From the NCBI GenBank assembly GCA_964016885.1, contig OZ024759.1, forward strand, positions 28,644,001 through 28,708,000: DNA of 64,000 nt, written 5' to 3'. The stretch is from Eledone cirrhosa (lineage: Eukaryota). The notes beneath the pieces are model-generated. The model was not told the origin of the DNA, did not search any database, and saw only the letters and a list, made by a program, of their open reading frames with translations. This document shows, piece after piece, positions 26,661 to 39,084 of the stretch (position 1 is the first letter of the stretch; every line of letters begins with the position of its first letter). The position numbers were made by a program, and so were the translations under genes.

Positions 26661-26914
26661 TTGTGCAGTGCCGTTGCTCAAAAGCTTCACGGCACAGGCA
26701 TTGCTTTATATCTGGAGATCTCTCTGCACTTGTCGTCACATGGTGCCATGGGCCCAGCACTATGTGTCAATAATTGTCACAAGTGTAGTGTTTGTACCAG
26801 AGTTTTCAAGTCGCTGGCTGGACTAAAAAGTCACACTCGTTCAGCGCATCGGTAGGGGTTCTCCTACATGGATATAAAGTAGTGGCCGTACTCGAAAACG
26901 AGTTGGCAGCCACC
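26661..26914 (+). mobile_element. 3' end of an RTE-type LINE with C-terminal C2H2 finger and (ATGT)n tail
   Basis: Encodes [23 protein letters not shown]-stop, then a ~60-bp 3' UTR running into (ATGT)n at 26915-27200. Confidence 0.7.
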
Positions 26915-27899
26915 ATGTATGTATGTATGTATGTATGTCAATGTATGTATGTATGTATGTCAATGTATGTATGTGTATGTATGTATGTATGTCAATGTAT
27001 GTATGTCAATGTATGTACGTATGTATGTATGTATGTATGTATGTCAATGTATGTATGTCAATGTATGTATGTATGTCAATGTATGTATGTATGTATGTAT
27101 GTATGTCAATGTATGTATGTCAATGTATGTATGTATGTCAATGTATGTATGTCAATGTATGTATGTCAATGTATGTATGTATGTATGTATGTATGTATGT
27201 GTAACAGTCAACAATGGTATCAATACAATGTGCCAGTTCCATGGTCTGCTGCCTTATCACCTAATTAGAGGCAGGTCATTAATATCATTATAGTAACCAG
27301 ATGTATGTGTGTCGGTGTAGGTGTAGGTGTGTGTATGTATGTGTGTGTGTATGTATGTCTGTGTGTGTATGTATTTGTGTGTGTATGTCTATCTGTGTGT
27401 GTGTATGTCTGTGTATGTCTGTCTGTGTGTGTATGTCTGTGTGTGTGTGTGTGTATGTCTGTCTGTGTGTGTGTATATCTGTGTGTGTGTATGTCTGTGT
27501 GTGTGTATGTCTGTCTGTGTGTGTGTATGTCTGTCTGTGTGTGTGTGTCTGTCTGTGTGTGTGTGTATGTCTGTGTGTGTGTGTATGTCTGTGTGTGTGT
27601 ATGTCTGTCTGTGTGTGTGTATGTCTATCTGTGTGTGTGTATGTCTGTGTGTGTGTATGTCTGTCTGTGTGTGTGTATGTCTGTCTGTGTGTGTATATCT
27701 GTGTGTGTGTATATCTGTGTGTGTGTATGTATATCTCTGTCAATACTCATCTTTTTCCATTTATCTGAGGGTTCTAAACCCCATTATCAGGCTAACATTT
27801 CTTTAGTCAAAAATACGGTGAAAGCTATTCTATTTTCTAATTTCAAACCTGCTCACTGTTTCAAAACATACTTACTATATATATATATATATATATATA

Positions 27900-28092
27900 G
27901 TTTTAATATAGATGAGATTCTACAGGACTAGAACTGTTTCATTCATTAGAAATCATCAGAGATTCCTGATGATTTCTAATGAATGAAACAGTTCTAGTCC
28001 TGTAGAATCTCATCTATATTAAAACTATTATACTCTGCTATGTATTGAGTACCTTACTTACTGTGGTTACCTCCGATTCAACCCGGAATAAC

Positions 28093-28093
<1 letters not shown>
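27900..28093 (+). mobile_element. family A hammerhead fold-back element
   Basis: gagattc CTGATGA(27966-27972) ... GAAA(27985-27988) cag..ctGTA(28002-28004) gaatctc; ~60-bp inverted short arm; TA-flanked. Confidence 0.88.
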
Positions 28094-28131
<38 letters not shown>

Positions 28132-28134
<3 letters not shown>

Positions 28135-28267
28135 TATTTCTGAAGATAGCATATATATGTGTAGGTATGTATATTCCCTCTGATAGTTTGTAAAACTTTT
28201 ACATAGATCTATAGGATATGCATACCAACACTAACATATATATCCTAGAAACGATCGTAAAATGATG
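28132..28267 (+). ncRNA. type-I hammerhead with ~100-nt stem II, family E
   Basis: cattattt CTGAAGA(28140-28146) tag...cta GAAA(28248-28251) cgatcg TA aaatgatg; partial direct copy at 28365-28470. Confidence 0.78.
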
Positions 28268-28459
28268 AATTTTTTAATATAAGGAACTGTGTCTTTGTTT
28301 ATTCATTATTTTATTAATTTATATATATATATATATATAGTTTATATCATATTTGCATGCCAATTCTAACACATATATGTCCTAGAAACGATCGTTAAAT
28401 AATGAACTTTTTTTGTTTAATATAAGGAACTGTTTCATTGTTTTATTCATTATTTTTTT

Positions 28460-28509
<50 letters not shown>

Positions 28510-28901
28510 TAGCGAGAATCGCATTTCGGCTATTGAAAATTAGCGAATATATATATTAGTGAATATATATAAATATATATATAGACACTTAAATATATAG
28601 AATCAGAGTACCCCCCCCCCCCTACACACACACACAACTCCTCCCACCCCTTGCAACATCTGCAAAATTAGAATAAATATATAAATAAATAAATTACGGG
28701 CACCTGTTGAACAGATTCTAGATTTTGTGTAGGATGATGTTGATTATAGTTCCTTCCTGTTGTTGTTGTGGTGGTGGTGGTGGTGGTGGTGAGGAGATAT
28801 ATAGATGGGTGTGGTTGGTGTCAGGGACGAGTGGGATGGTGTAGGAAGGGGCACTATTTTGAGAAAATATATTTGTGTGTATATGTATATATATATATGT
28901 A

Positions 28902-28951
<50 letters not shown>

Positions 28952-28979
28952 CATGTGTGTGTGTGTGTGTGTGTGCATG

Positions 28980-29120
28980 TCTTAATGGCTAGAGCATCGA
29001 GCTTACAATTGTGAGGTTGTGAGTTCAATTCTTGGACCGGGCTTTGCTTTGTGTTCTTGAGCAAGACCCTTTACTTCATGTTGCTCCAGTTTACTCAGCT
29101 GTATAGATGAGTTGTGATGT
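28980..29120 (+). mobile_element. tRNA-head SINE fragment
   Basis: tggctagagc...gagttcaattc...ttcttgagcaagac. Confidence 0.75.
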
Positions 29121-29139
29121 CATCGGTGGCGCAGAAAGG

Positions 29140-30052
29140 GGAGACTGGTTTGCATGGGCAACTGCTGAACCCCCTTCGGTGCCGACAACGAGAGCCCCTG
29201 TTGTTTGAACGACGGAACAGTCTACTTGTGAAATTAACATGTTATTACCTGTGCATTTTATTTCACCAATACGTGTATACACAGTAATTCTCAGGGAGAT
29301 TCAATGTGACAGTGTGATAACATCGGTCATTTTTATTACATGTACAGTTCAGGGAGATTCAGTGAGACACGCTGTTGGACAAGGGTGGTCTTTTGAACTA
29401 CAGGTACATATCATTTTTCTCAGCTCAATAGTCTGCAGTAAGGGGAAATAAAGTCTTGCTCAATGAATCAACATAGAATAAAGTGTTTTGGTCAAGGACT
29501 CAACATAGAATAAAGTGTCTTGGTCAAGGACTCAACATAGAATAAAGTGTCTTGGTCAAGGACTCAACATAGAATAAAGTGTCTTGGTCAAGGACTCAAC
29601 ATAGAATAAAGTGTCTAGGTCAAGGACTCAACATAGAATAAAGTGTTTTGGTCAAGGACTCAACATAGAATAAAGTGTCTTGGTCAAGGACTCAACATAG
29701 AATAAAGTGTCTTGGTCAAGGACTCAACATAGAATAAAGTGTCTAGGTCAAGGACTCAACATAGAATAAAGTGTTTTGGTCAAGGACTCAACATAGAATA
29801 AAGTGTCTTGGTCAAGGACTCAACATAGAATAAAGTGTCTTGGTCAAGGACTCAACATAGAATAAAGTGTCTTGGTCAAGGACTCAACATAGAATAAAGT
29901 GTCTAGGTCAAGGACTCAACATAGAATAAAGTGTCTTGGTCAAGGACTCAACATAGAATAAAGTGTCTTGGTCAAGGACTCAACATAGAATAAAGTGTCT
30001 TGGTCAAGGACTCAACACGCCGCTTGGATCGTGAGCCGAACACCCTAACCAA
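29140..30052 (-). mobile_element. tRNA-head SINE expanded by an internal 32-bp tandem array
   Basis: Head remnant at 30017-30052; body tgaaattaac..gggagattca..tgtgac shared with 54060-54175. Confidence 0.7.
29445..30017 (+). repeat. 32-bp minisatellite, ~18 copies (agaataaagtgtcttggtcaaggactcaacat)
   Basis: Unit matches the SINE segment aaataaagtgtcttgctcaaggacataac seen at 5093-5121. Confidence 0.95.
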
Positions 30053-30094
30053 GAGAACTCATGTGACTTCACTTGCATACGTCCACCTCCTTTG

Positions 30095-30325
30095 CCGTTG
30101 AACCTATCACAGTGGAGACCTCTGGTGTCCTCGGTCCCCGATCACCACCCTTGTCATTGACCTGTAGTGGGGGACACCTCTGGCATTCTGGGTCCCTGTA
30201 CCACCACCCTTGTCATTGAACCTGTAGTGGTGGACACCTCTGGCATTCTGGGTCCCCGTACCACTACCCTTGTCATTGAACTTATACTGGTGAAGACCTT
30301 TGGCTTTCTAGGTCCCCGAACCACC
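30095..30325 (+). repeat. ~60-bp degenerate tandem repeat, ~4 copies
   Basis: gaacctgtagtggtggacacctctggcattctgggtccccgtaccaccacccttgtcatt. Confidence 0.85.
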
Positions 30326-30611
30326 TCGCTACTTACTGCTATTGGGGTGGGGTTGACCACCCACAAGAGTGAGCCTCGCCAATCAGAATAACTATTTCAG
30401 CATGTCTACCTCGCTATCATCCGGAGTAATGCTTTCTCCACTCTGCCCTTTGCTGGGACCATGAGGTGGTTGGTGTCCAGGGAGGAGGGGGAGGGGTCTT
30501 CATGTCAGATAACAACAACAACTTCTGTCAAGGTGAGGTTGGGTTGAGGTGGGGCGTTTGTAAAGGAATCACTTGGTCTAACAACAGTTAGTCATCATTT
30601 AATTATATACT

Positions 30612-30826
30612 GGTGGATTGGCAGTATCGGTAGAGCATCAGACCACATGCTTTGCAGTATAGAGTTGCGGCCCTTTACTTTCTGAGTTCAAATCCCGCCG
30701 AGGTTAACTTTGCCTTTCATCCTTACGGGGTCGATAAAATAAAGTACCAGTCACGCACTGGAGTCGATTTAATCGACTTGCCCCTCCTCCAAAATTTCTG
30801 GCCTTGTGCCTGAATCAGAAACTGTT
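30612..30826 (+). mobile_element. near full-length Deu/Nin SINE
   Basis: ggtggattggcagtatcggtagagc...gagttcaaatccc...gcctttcatccttacggggtcgataaaataaagtacca...ggccttgtgcc. Confidence 0.88.
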
Positions 30827-31325
30827 ATATACTGAGGCGGGTTTAGGGCTACTGTAGGGAGTGGGGAGAGTGGGGTGAGAGGATGGGGAGGGGTGGATAA
30901 GGTGTGGGGAATGAAGGAAAGGGGGGAGAGAGAGGAACAAGAGAACTAAAGAAAGGAAGAGAGTTTAGGAGGAGGAGAGGGGGAGGAGACAAACAACCAC
31001 AAGAAAAAGACAAACAACAAAGAAAGACAAGACTAAATCTAACAAAATTGTGGGGTGAGGGCGACGGCAGTGGGGCGACGGGGGGCCGGGGGGCAGTGGA
31101 GGGACGGCAGTGTGTGTGTGGGGGGGGGGGGCACTCTCGTATTACTACAGCAACAAACACCTGACACCAATCACTACTACTACTGCTAGCACCACAACCA
31201 CCACTAATATTATTACTACTAATAATAATAACAATACCATCACTAATACTACTACCGCCACCACCACCACCATCACTACTAATATTACTACTACTATTAC
31301 TACTACCACCACCACCATCACCACG

Positions 31326-31356
<31 letters not shown>

Positions 31357-31469
31357 AACAATGAACGACCATGTCAAGGGTCTTCAACGAAAGGTCATGA
31401 TGTCGATAACAAACAGACAAGTCAACAGTCAACAGAAAGTTGCATAAAGTAAAGTCACTAATAATAATA

Positions 31470-32190
31470 ATAATGGTTTCTACTTTTGGCACAAGGCCAG
31501 CAATTATACCAGTACATTACTGGTACTTTGTTTTATCGACCCCGTAAGGATGAAAGGCAAAGTTAACCTCGGCGGGATTTGAACTGAGACCATAAAGGGC
31601 CGTAACTCTTTGCTGCAAAGCATGGCGTCTGGCCCTCTACCGATACTGCCTTCTACTTTAGGCACAAGGCCAGCGATTTGGTGAGGGGAGTCGATTAAAT
31701 CGACACCAGTGTAGCACTGGTACTTTATTTATCGACCTCGTAAGGATGAATGGTAAAGTTAACATCGGCGAGATTTGAACTGAAAACGCAAAGGGCTGTA
31801 ATTCTACGCCGCAGAGCATCTTGTCCGACGCTCTACCGATTCTGTCAATCCACTGTCCTCAGGTGAAGACAACAATAATAATTGTTTCTACTTTGGGCAC
31901 AAGGCCAGCAATTACCCAGTGCATTACTGGTACTTTATTTTATCGACCCCGTAAGGATGAAAAGCAAAGTTAACCTCGGCGGGATTTGAACTCAGACCAT
32001 AAAGGGACGTAACTCTATGTTGCACAGCATGGCGTCCGACCCTTGGTTTCTTATATAAGCACAAGGCCAGCAATTTGCGGAGAGGGGAAAGTTGATGAAA
32101 TCAACCACAGAGCATTACTGGTACTTTATTTATCGAAAGCTAACCCAGGAAGGATTTGAACTCACAACGTAAAAGGCCGCAACTCTATAC
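31470..32190 (-). mobile_element. tandem cluster of 4 Deu/Nin SINEs
   Basis: Four ggcacaaggccagc...tactggtacttt...tttgaact units. Confidence 0.88.
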
Positions 32191-32499
32191 CGTGTATTTA
32201 GGTGACTCAGTGTATGTCTCTCCACGTGAGTGTATCTCTGTGTGTGTGTTTACAGATGTATATGTCTGCCTGCGTGTTTGCATGCGTGTGTCTATGTGTG
32301 CATATATATATATGTATGTATATACATATATACATACTATTCATTTATATGCATACACATAAAAATACGCACGTGTGTGCGTGTATAAGTGTATATATAT
32401 ATATGAATATGTGTATATATGTATATATATATATAAATATATATATATGTGTGCATATATGTACATATATATATATATATACATATGTGTGTGCATATA

Positions 32500-32539
<40 letters not shown>

Positions 32540-32541
32540 CA

Positions 32542-32603
<62 letters not shown>

Positions 32604-32604
32604 C

Positions 32605-32657
<53 letters not shown>

Positions 32658-32686
32658 CGTATATATATATATATATGTATACATAC

Positions 32687-32725
<39 letters not shown>

Positions 32726-32731
32726 TATATG

Positions 32732-32765
<34 letters not shown>

Positions 32766-32782
32766 CATATATGTACATATAT

Positions 32783-32844
<62 letters not shown>

Positions 32845-32895
32845 ATATATGTACATATACATATATATATATATATATGTGTGTGTGTGCATATA

Positions 32896-32966
<71 letters not shown>

Positions 32967-33011
32967 ACATATATGCACACATATATATATATATATGTGT
33001 GTGTGCATATA

Positions 33012-33076
<65 letters not shown>

Positions 33077-33299
33077 GTACATACACATATGTCGGAAATC
33101 CTTTGCTATATTCTTGGTGTTATTAAGTAAAACCATGTCTGCTGTCAAGTTGCCACCCGATATATTTTCAAAAGGTGTCTTTGGCCTCTGGGAAGGAAAC
33201 CATTAAATTGTGATTTCCTTAAAGAGTGAGGACTTTATGGAAGGACATAGGCAAGGTGTTAACGATAGCATCAACACACATACACATACACACACATAC

Positions 33300-33340
<41 letters not shown>

Positions 33341-33342
<2 letters not shown>

Positions 33343-33506
33343 AAAAGAGTCAGAACCCCGACGGCAGAGCTCAAGCCGTTTCGACAGCTATTTCTAGACA
33401 TGCGTCGGGGTCCTGACTCTTTTTCGATTACCCACTCTACTACCCAAAGTATCGGGTACCCCGGTGCGTTACGGTCCACCTGGTTCCTTACGACACTTCC
33501 TTCGTT
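33341..33506 (+). mobile_element. family B element, subfamily 2, internal deletion
   Basis: Arms ggaaaagagtcagaacccc / ggggtcctgactctttt plus tail. Confidence 0.8.
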
Positions 33507-33690
33507 ATATATACACGCACACACACATATATATATATAATATATATATATTATATATATATATTATATATATATATAACCCTTTTTCAGCAATTTCCAG
33601 TTCAATTCCATCGGCACATGTTGAAAAAGTTGACCCTCCAAGCAAACGAAACGCACGTTCCTGGTATGGTGCCGTTGTAATAACTGCCCA

Positions 33691-33783
<93 letters not shown>

Positions 33784-33785
<2 letters not shown>

Positions 33786-33979
33786 CGAAGGAAATGTGGT
33801 AAGGAACCAGGTGGACCATAACGCACCAAAGTACTCAATACTTAGGGTAGTAGAGTGGGTAATAGGAACGAGTAGGACCCCGACGGTTGAGCTCAAGCCG
33901 TTTCGACGGCTAATTCTGGAATTAATCCAGAATTAGCCGTCGAAACGGCTTGAGCTCAGCCGTCGGGGTCCTACTCGTT

Positions 33980-33981
<2 letters not shown>
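33784..33981 (-). mobile_element. family B fold-back element
   Basis: Reverse orientation of 52356-52556; TA-flanked. Confidence 0.88.
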
Positions 33982-34014
<33 letters not shown>

Positions 34015-34136
34015 ACAGGGAGAAAGAGACGATTATGAGGAAGAAAAAAATATTTTTTTCCTTTTTTTGTCTCCACATTTTATTATTATTATATATATAT
34101 ATATCTATATATATATATTTTCATTTATATATATAT

Positions 34137-34189
<53 letters not shown>

Positions 34190-34417
34190 TAATGAATCAA
34201 AACATATAAAATATGTTTAGAATTTAGTGTTTCCCAATAAGTAAGCTCAACAGACATTATTCAGAGCCATAATAACCCAATGAAAAAGATATATTTGTTC
34301 CACCTGAGTACATATTGTTCTATGGAATATATATTTGGTCTATATACGATATATGGGAATTCTTATACGATATATGGCTCTTTCTCTCTCTATATATACA
34401 TATATCTTTTTCAGTTG

Positions 34418-34507
<90 letters not shown>

Positions 34508-34691
34508 TATAGATGAGATTCTACAGGACTAGAACTGTTTCATTCTTTAGAAATCATCAGATTCCTGATGATTTCTAAAGAATGAAACAGTTCTAGTCCT
34601 GTAGAATCTCATCTATATTAAAACTTTTATACTCTGCAATGTATTGAGTACCTTACTTACTGTGGTTACCTCCGATTCAACCCGGAATAAC

Positions 34692-34692
<1 letters not shown>
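34508..34692 (+). mobile_element. family A hammerhead fold-back element
   Basis: agattc CTGATGA(34565-34571) GAAA(34584-34587) GTA(34601-34603) gaatct; TA-flanked. Confidence 0.88.
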
Positions 34693-34756
<64 letters not shown>

Positions 34757-34759
<3 letters not shown>

Positions 34760-34940
34760 GCAATCGTGAAGCTGTGAGTTCGATTCCTGGACCAGGCGAT
34801 GCGTTATGTCCTTGAGCAAGACACTTTATTTCACGTTGCTCCTTCTACCTGGAGTTGCGACCGATAGATAGTACTAGCAATTGGAAAGACCAACGGAAAC
34901 ATTGTTTCCTCGGTCCGATTTGACGAAAGTCGATCGCTAG
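34757..34940 (+). mobile_element. 5'-truncated tRNA-head SINE with structured tail
   Basis: Homologous to the reverse complement of 4981-5165. Confidence 0.8.
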
Positions 34941-35078
34941 AAAAAAATATATATAAGTAGAAGGGGTATTTAATTTGTTGGAAGTCCGACAATTATAAAT
35001 GTCTATAACTGATAGTCAATTTCCAACCGATAAGGTGTGATTTTCATGGGTATGTCTCTATTTATAAAACAAACTTTG

Positions 35079-35142
35079 TATTTTATCTGATGAAAGCGTA
35101 CCAATGTTGTCATGGTACCCTTGAAATATATATAATAAAATA
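35079..35142 (+). ncRNA. minimal type-I hammerhead, family C
   Basis: tattttat CTGATGA(35087-35093) aag.gtacca..tggtac.ctt GAAA(35123-35126) tatata TA ataaaata. Confidence 0.82.
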
Positions 35143-35182
35143 AATAGGGTTTTATAAATATAGTTTCCATTTATTTAATATC

Positions 35183-35254
<72 letters not shown>

Positions 35255-35329
35255 GTTAGAAACTCAGAGTGGTCTCTACGATTCGAACACATGTATGTTT
35301 ATATTAGTGTTCATCTCTCTTGTTTATTC

Positions 35330-35390
<61 letters not shown>

Positions 35391-35393
<3 letters not shown>

Positions 35394-35437
35394 AAATAGT
35401 CAGGACCCCGACGGCTGAGTTCCGGCCGTTTCGACAG

Positions 35438-35440
<3 letters not shown>
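35391..35440. mobile_element. family B single-arm fragment
   Basis: gggaaatagtcaggaccccgacggctgagttccggccgtttcgacagct between TA tracts. Confidence 0.7.
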
Positions 35441-35480
<40 letters not shown>

Positions 35481-35608
35481 AAGTTATATTTAAAATTGTT
35501 GGGTTACAACTAGTAAATATTTATAACTGATATAAAAGCACTCGACAAATATTTGGAGTATATTTACAATATTAAATAAATGGAAAACTATATTTATAAA
35601 ACCATATT

Positions 35609-35674
35609 TATTTCATTATATATATTTCGGGGATATCATATTAACAATATGCTATGCCTTCATCAGACAAAATA
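35609..35674 (-). ncRNA. minimal type-I hammerhead, family C, convergent with 35079-35142
   Basis: Reverse complement reads tattttgt CTGATGA aggcatagcatattgttaatatgatatcccc GAAA tatata TA atgaaata. Confidence 0.72.
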
Positions 35675-35955
35675 CAATATAAACAGTTTTATAGATAAAT
35701 ATATTCGACATACCGTAATAAACATCAACTTCATTTGAAGAGGTTTACTCTAGCAGTGAAAATACAGAGAGAAAGAAAGAGAGAAAGAAAAGAGGGAAAT
35801 ATATATATTTTATATATACATACATATATATATATATATATACATACATACATACATATATATATATACATATATATATATACATACATACATATATATA
35901 TATACATACATACATATATATACATACATACATATATATACATACATACATATAT

Positions 35956-36018
<63 letters not shown>

Positions 36019-36047
36019 CATACATACATATATATATATATACATAC

Positions 36048-36112
<65 letters not shown>

Positions 36113-36349
36113 ATCATGCGCCAAGGTTTAATGAAGCTTTTGTGGCTCCTCTAGCTGAAAAACTCAGCGAGAGAGACCCCCAGGATGAAAATCTCTGAGT
36201 GACCCTGGATTGGAAATCGTATTAATGGTGGTGGTTCTTATGGTGTTAAGATTGGTGGTGGTAGTTGTAGTGGTGGTAGTAGTAATACCACCAATAACAG
36301 AAGCAACAACAACAACAATAATGAAAATATAATAATACATCCAACACAC

Positions 36350-36395
<46 letters not shown>

Positions 36396-36446
36396 TATAG
36401 ATTGAATTAATGCAACATATACAGACACCAATACGTGTGTGTATAA

Positions 36447-36532
<86 letters not shown>

Positions 36533-36608
36533 ATAAATATATCCATATGTATGTATACACACACACACATATATATATATATCTGTATATATATATTTAT
36601 GTATATAT

Positions 36609-36687
<79 letters not shown>

Positions 36688-36688
36688 A

Positions 36689-36819
<131 letters not shown>

Positions 36820-37080
36820 ACTATAAATATATCCATATGTATGTATGCACACACACACATATATATAGTTATTAAAACAATGCTAGGAAGAGATGAGAAA
36901 CGAAAGGAGGGGGCAGCAGAGATGAGTGAAAGAGGGGGTGGGGGTGAGAGGTAGTGAAAGAGGAGGGTGAGAGGTAGTGAGAGAGAGAGGGGGGTGAGTT
37001 TATGAAAGATGAGGACCTATTTTATAAAGGTCGTGGGGCTGGTCGTGTAGTAATAAGAGACATAGACAAAATATAAGATA

Positions 37081-38516
37081 TGTTTCTTTTATTTGCCACC
37101 AGGGCATCAAAAGTGGGACAAGTACAAAGGGGGGAGTTTACACAACAAGGCGTCCTCAATAAGGAGGAGGCAATAACAATGTATAAAAATAAAATAAAAT
37201 ATAACAAAAAATAAAATTTATAACAAAATCCTCAATAGAGAGGAGGCGCCTTGGGGGGTCGCACACACCCCCGAAAAAAGTGTGCAACCCTTTTCCTCAG
37301 GAGCACAGAGAGGGGGTGCTCCCTCGTTCCTTCCTCCTTTCCACCTACAGGCTTATGTAAAGAGAAGGCCCATTCACACGGGCCATTCTCGCCACTTTCA
37401 CCCACCTTTCATAAAAACGACTGGGGTGGAGCACCTCTCTCTCCATCCTGATCCTTCTTCCGAAATGATATCGGAAGAAACGGACCAGTTGTTGGCCAGA
37501 GAGAAAGGTGCCTGACCTCAGTCCTTTCAGACGCGTCCACCATACAACTTCTTTCGCCATGGCTATTACGCACAGAAACACCGCCTCTCCTTCGTCTTTG
37601 AAGGGGGGAGGCGGCTTGATCATTACAATAAACTCGGTGGTCAACCGGATCGGTCCCACCCTTGACAGCAGTTGTTCGACATAGCCCCACAGATCGGCTA
37701 CGCCCGAGCAGTGTACCAATGCGTGTGCAACGGTTTCCTCGTCGCACACGCATCTGGGACAGATTTTTTTGACGGGGTCCCTACCCGGGCGCCCGTGTCT
37801 GTAGAGCTTTTCTCGAACGGGTAGAGCCCCTCGGTAGCACTGCCAGGCCAGGGACTTCTGGAAGTTGTCCATAGCTCCCGGGCTGAATGTCCTACCGAAC
37901 AGGCTGGCCAGTTCGTCCTCCTCCATGCCTAGGGCTTCTCCGAGGGCGTCGTCGCACCTGCTGCGTACCAGCCCTCTATAGAATGTTGCGGTGGAGTCTC
38001 CACTGATAACCGGATCCGCCTGCCAGAGGGCGGTGAGCGCCTGGGCACACTCAGTGTACCAGGCGCCCAGTTTTCTCGGTCTTTGCTTGACCCAGGATTG
38101 CAGCTCGGTGAGTGAGACGAGTCTGGGAAAGGTTCGTCTCACAAACGAGGCCCACACCGGTTGTCCGGTGAGGAATACGTAGAGGTGCCGTAGCCTTAAT
38201 GCGTGTTTACGCATCATTAGCCACGGCATCCCCAGCCCTCCTTTCGAAGGGTGTTGACAGCAGATGGATCTCCTCACCATAGGAGCCCGCCTCTTCCAAA
38301 GGAATTGGAAGAGCGCGCGCTCCTTCTTGGCGAGGGTTTCCCTTGGGCAGGGCACTCCGGTCAGGCGGTAGTAGATGACGGACGCTATGTAGGTGTTCGC
38401 CACCTCCGCCCGACCTTTCAGGGATAGTTTGCAACTGGCCCACTTCTGGGTCAGTGCAAACACCCTGTTCGTAACCTCCGCCCAGTTTTTCTCCACCTGG
38501 AGGTCCGGTCCGAACC
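37081..38516 (-). mobile_element. 5'-truncated Tx1/L1-clade LINE; ORF2 C-terminal ~390 aa open (post-RT region and Cys/His zf-RVT-like motif)
   Basis: [50 protein letters not shown] motifs; 17-bp TSD agacaaaatataagata at 37064-37080 and 38517-38533. Confidence 0.92.
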
Positions 38517-38701
38517 AGACAAAATATAAGATAGGTTTACACGTGTACATATGTGTGGATATATATATTATGTGCCCCAGTATGGCCTCAGCTGGAACAC
38601 GTAATGGAGTAATAGAATGATTATATATATATATATGTACATATATATACATATATCTACACACACATACACATACACACATATATAAATATGAATGTAT
38701 G

Positions 38702-38794
<93 letters not shown>

Positions 38795-38795
38795 G

Positions 38796-38826
<31 letters not shown>

Positions 38827-39021
38827 GTATGTATATATATATACATATGTATGTATATATATATATATATACATATACAGATATGTTCAGTCCACAGACA
38901 TATTTGCTGCGTAGATAATATTAATATATCTTAAAATGTCAAGGGGCGGAAAAAGAAAGAACACCTGGGGAAAAGAATTGTATATTTATCTTGTGTATAC
39001 ATATGTGTATGTATATATATG

Positions 39022-39084
<63 letters not shown>

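Noticed and set aside
26780-26855. Host C2H2 zinc-finger gene exon
   Set aside because: Single finger followed by a stop, short UTR and (ATGT)n tail fits an RTE-type LINE end better
34885-34940. HDV-like ribozyme suggested by a tcctcg motif
   Set aside because: Could not build the nested P1/P2/P3/P1.1 pseudoknot; simple hairpins explain the sequence
38534-38874. N-terminal ~115 aa of the 509-aa ORF
   Set aside because: Lies outside the TSD-bounded LINE; chance read-through into microsatellite
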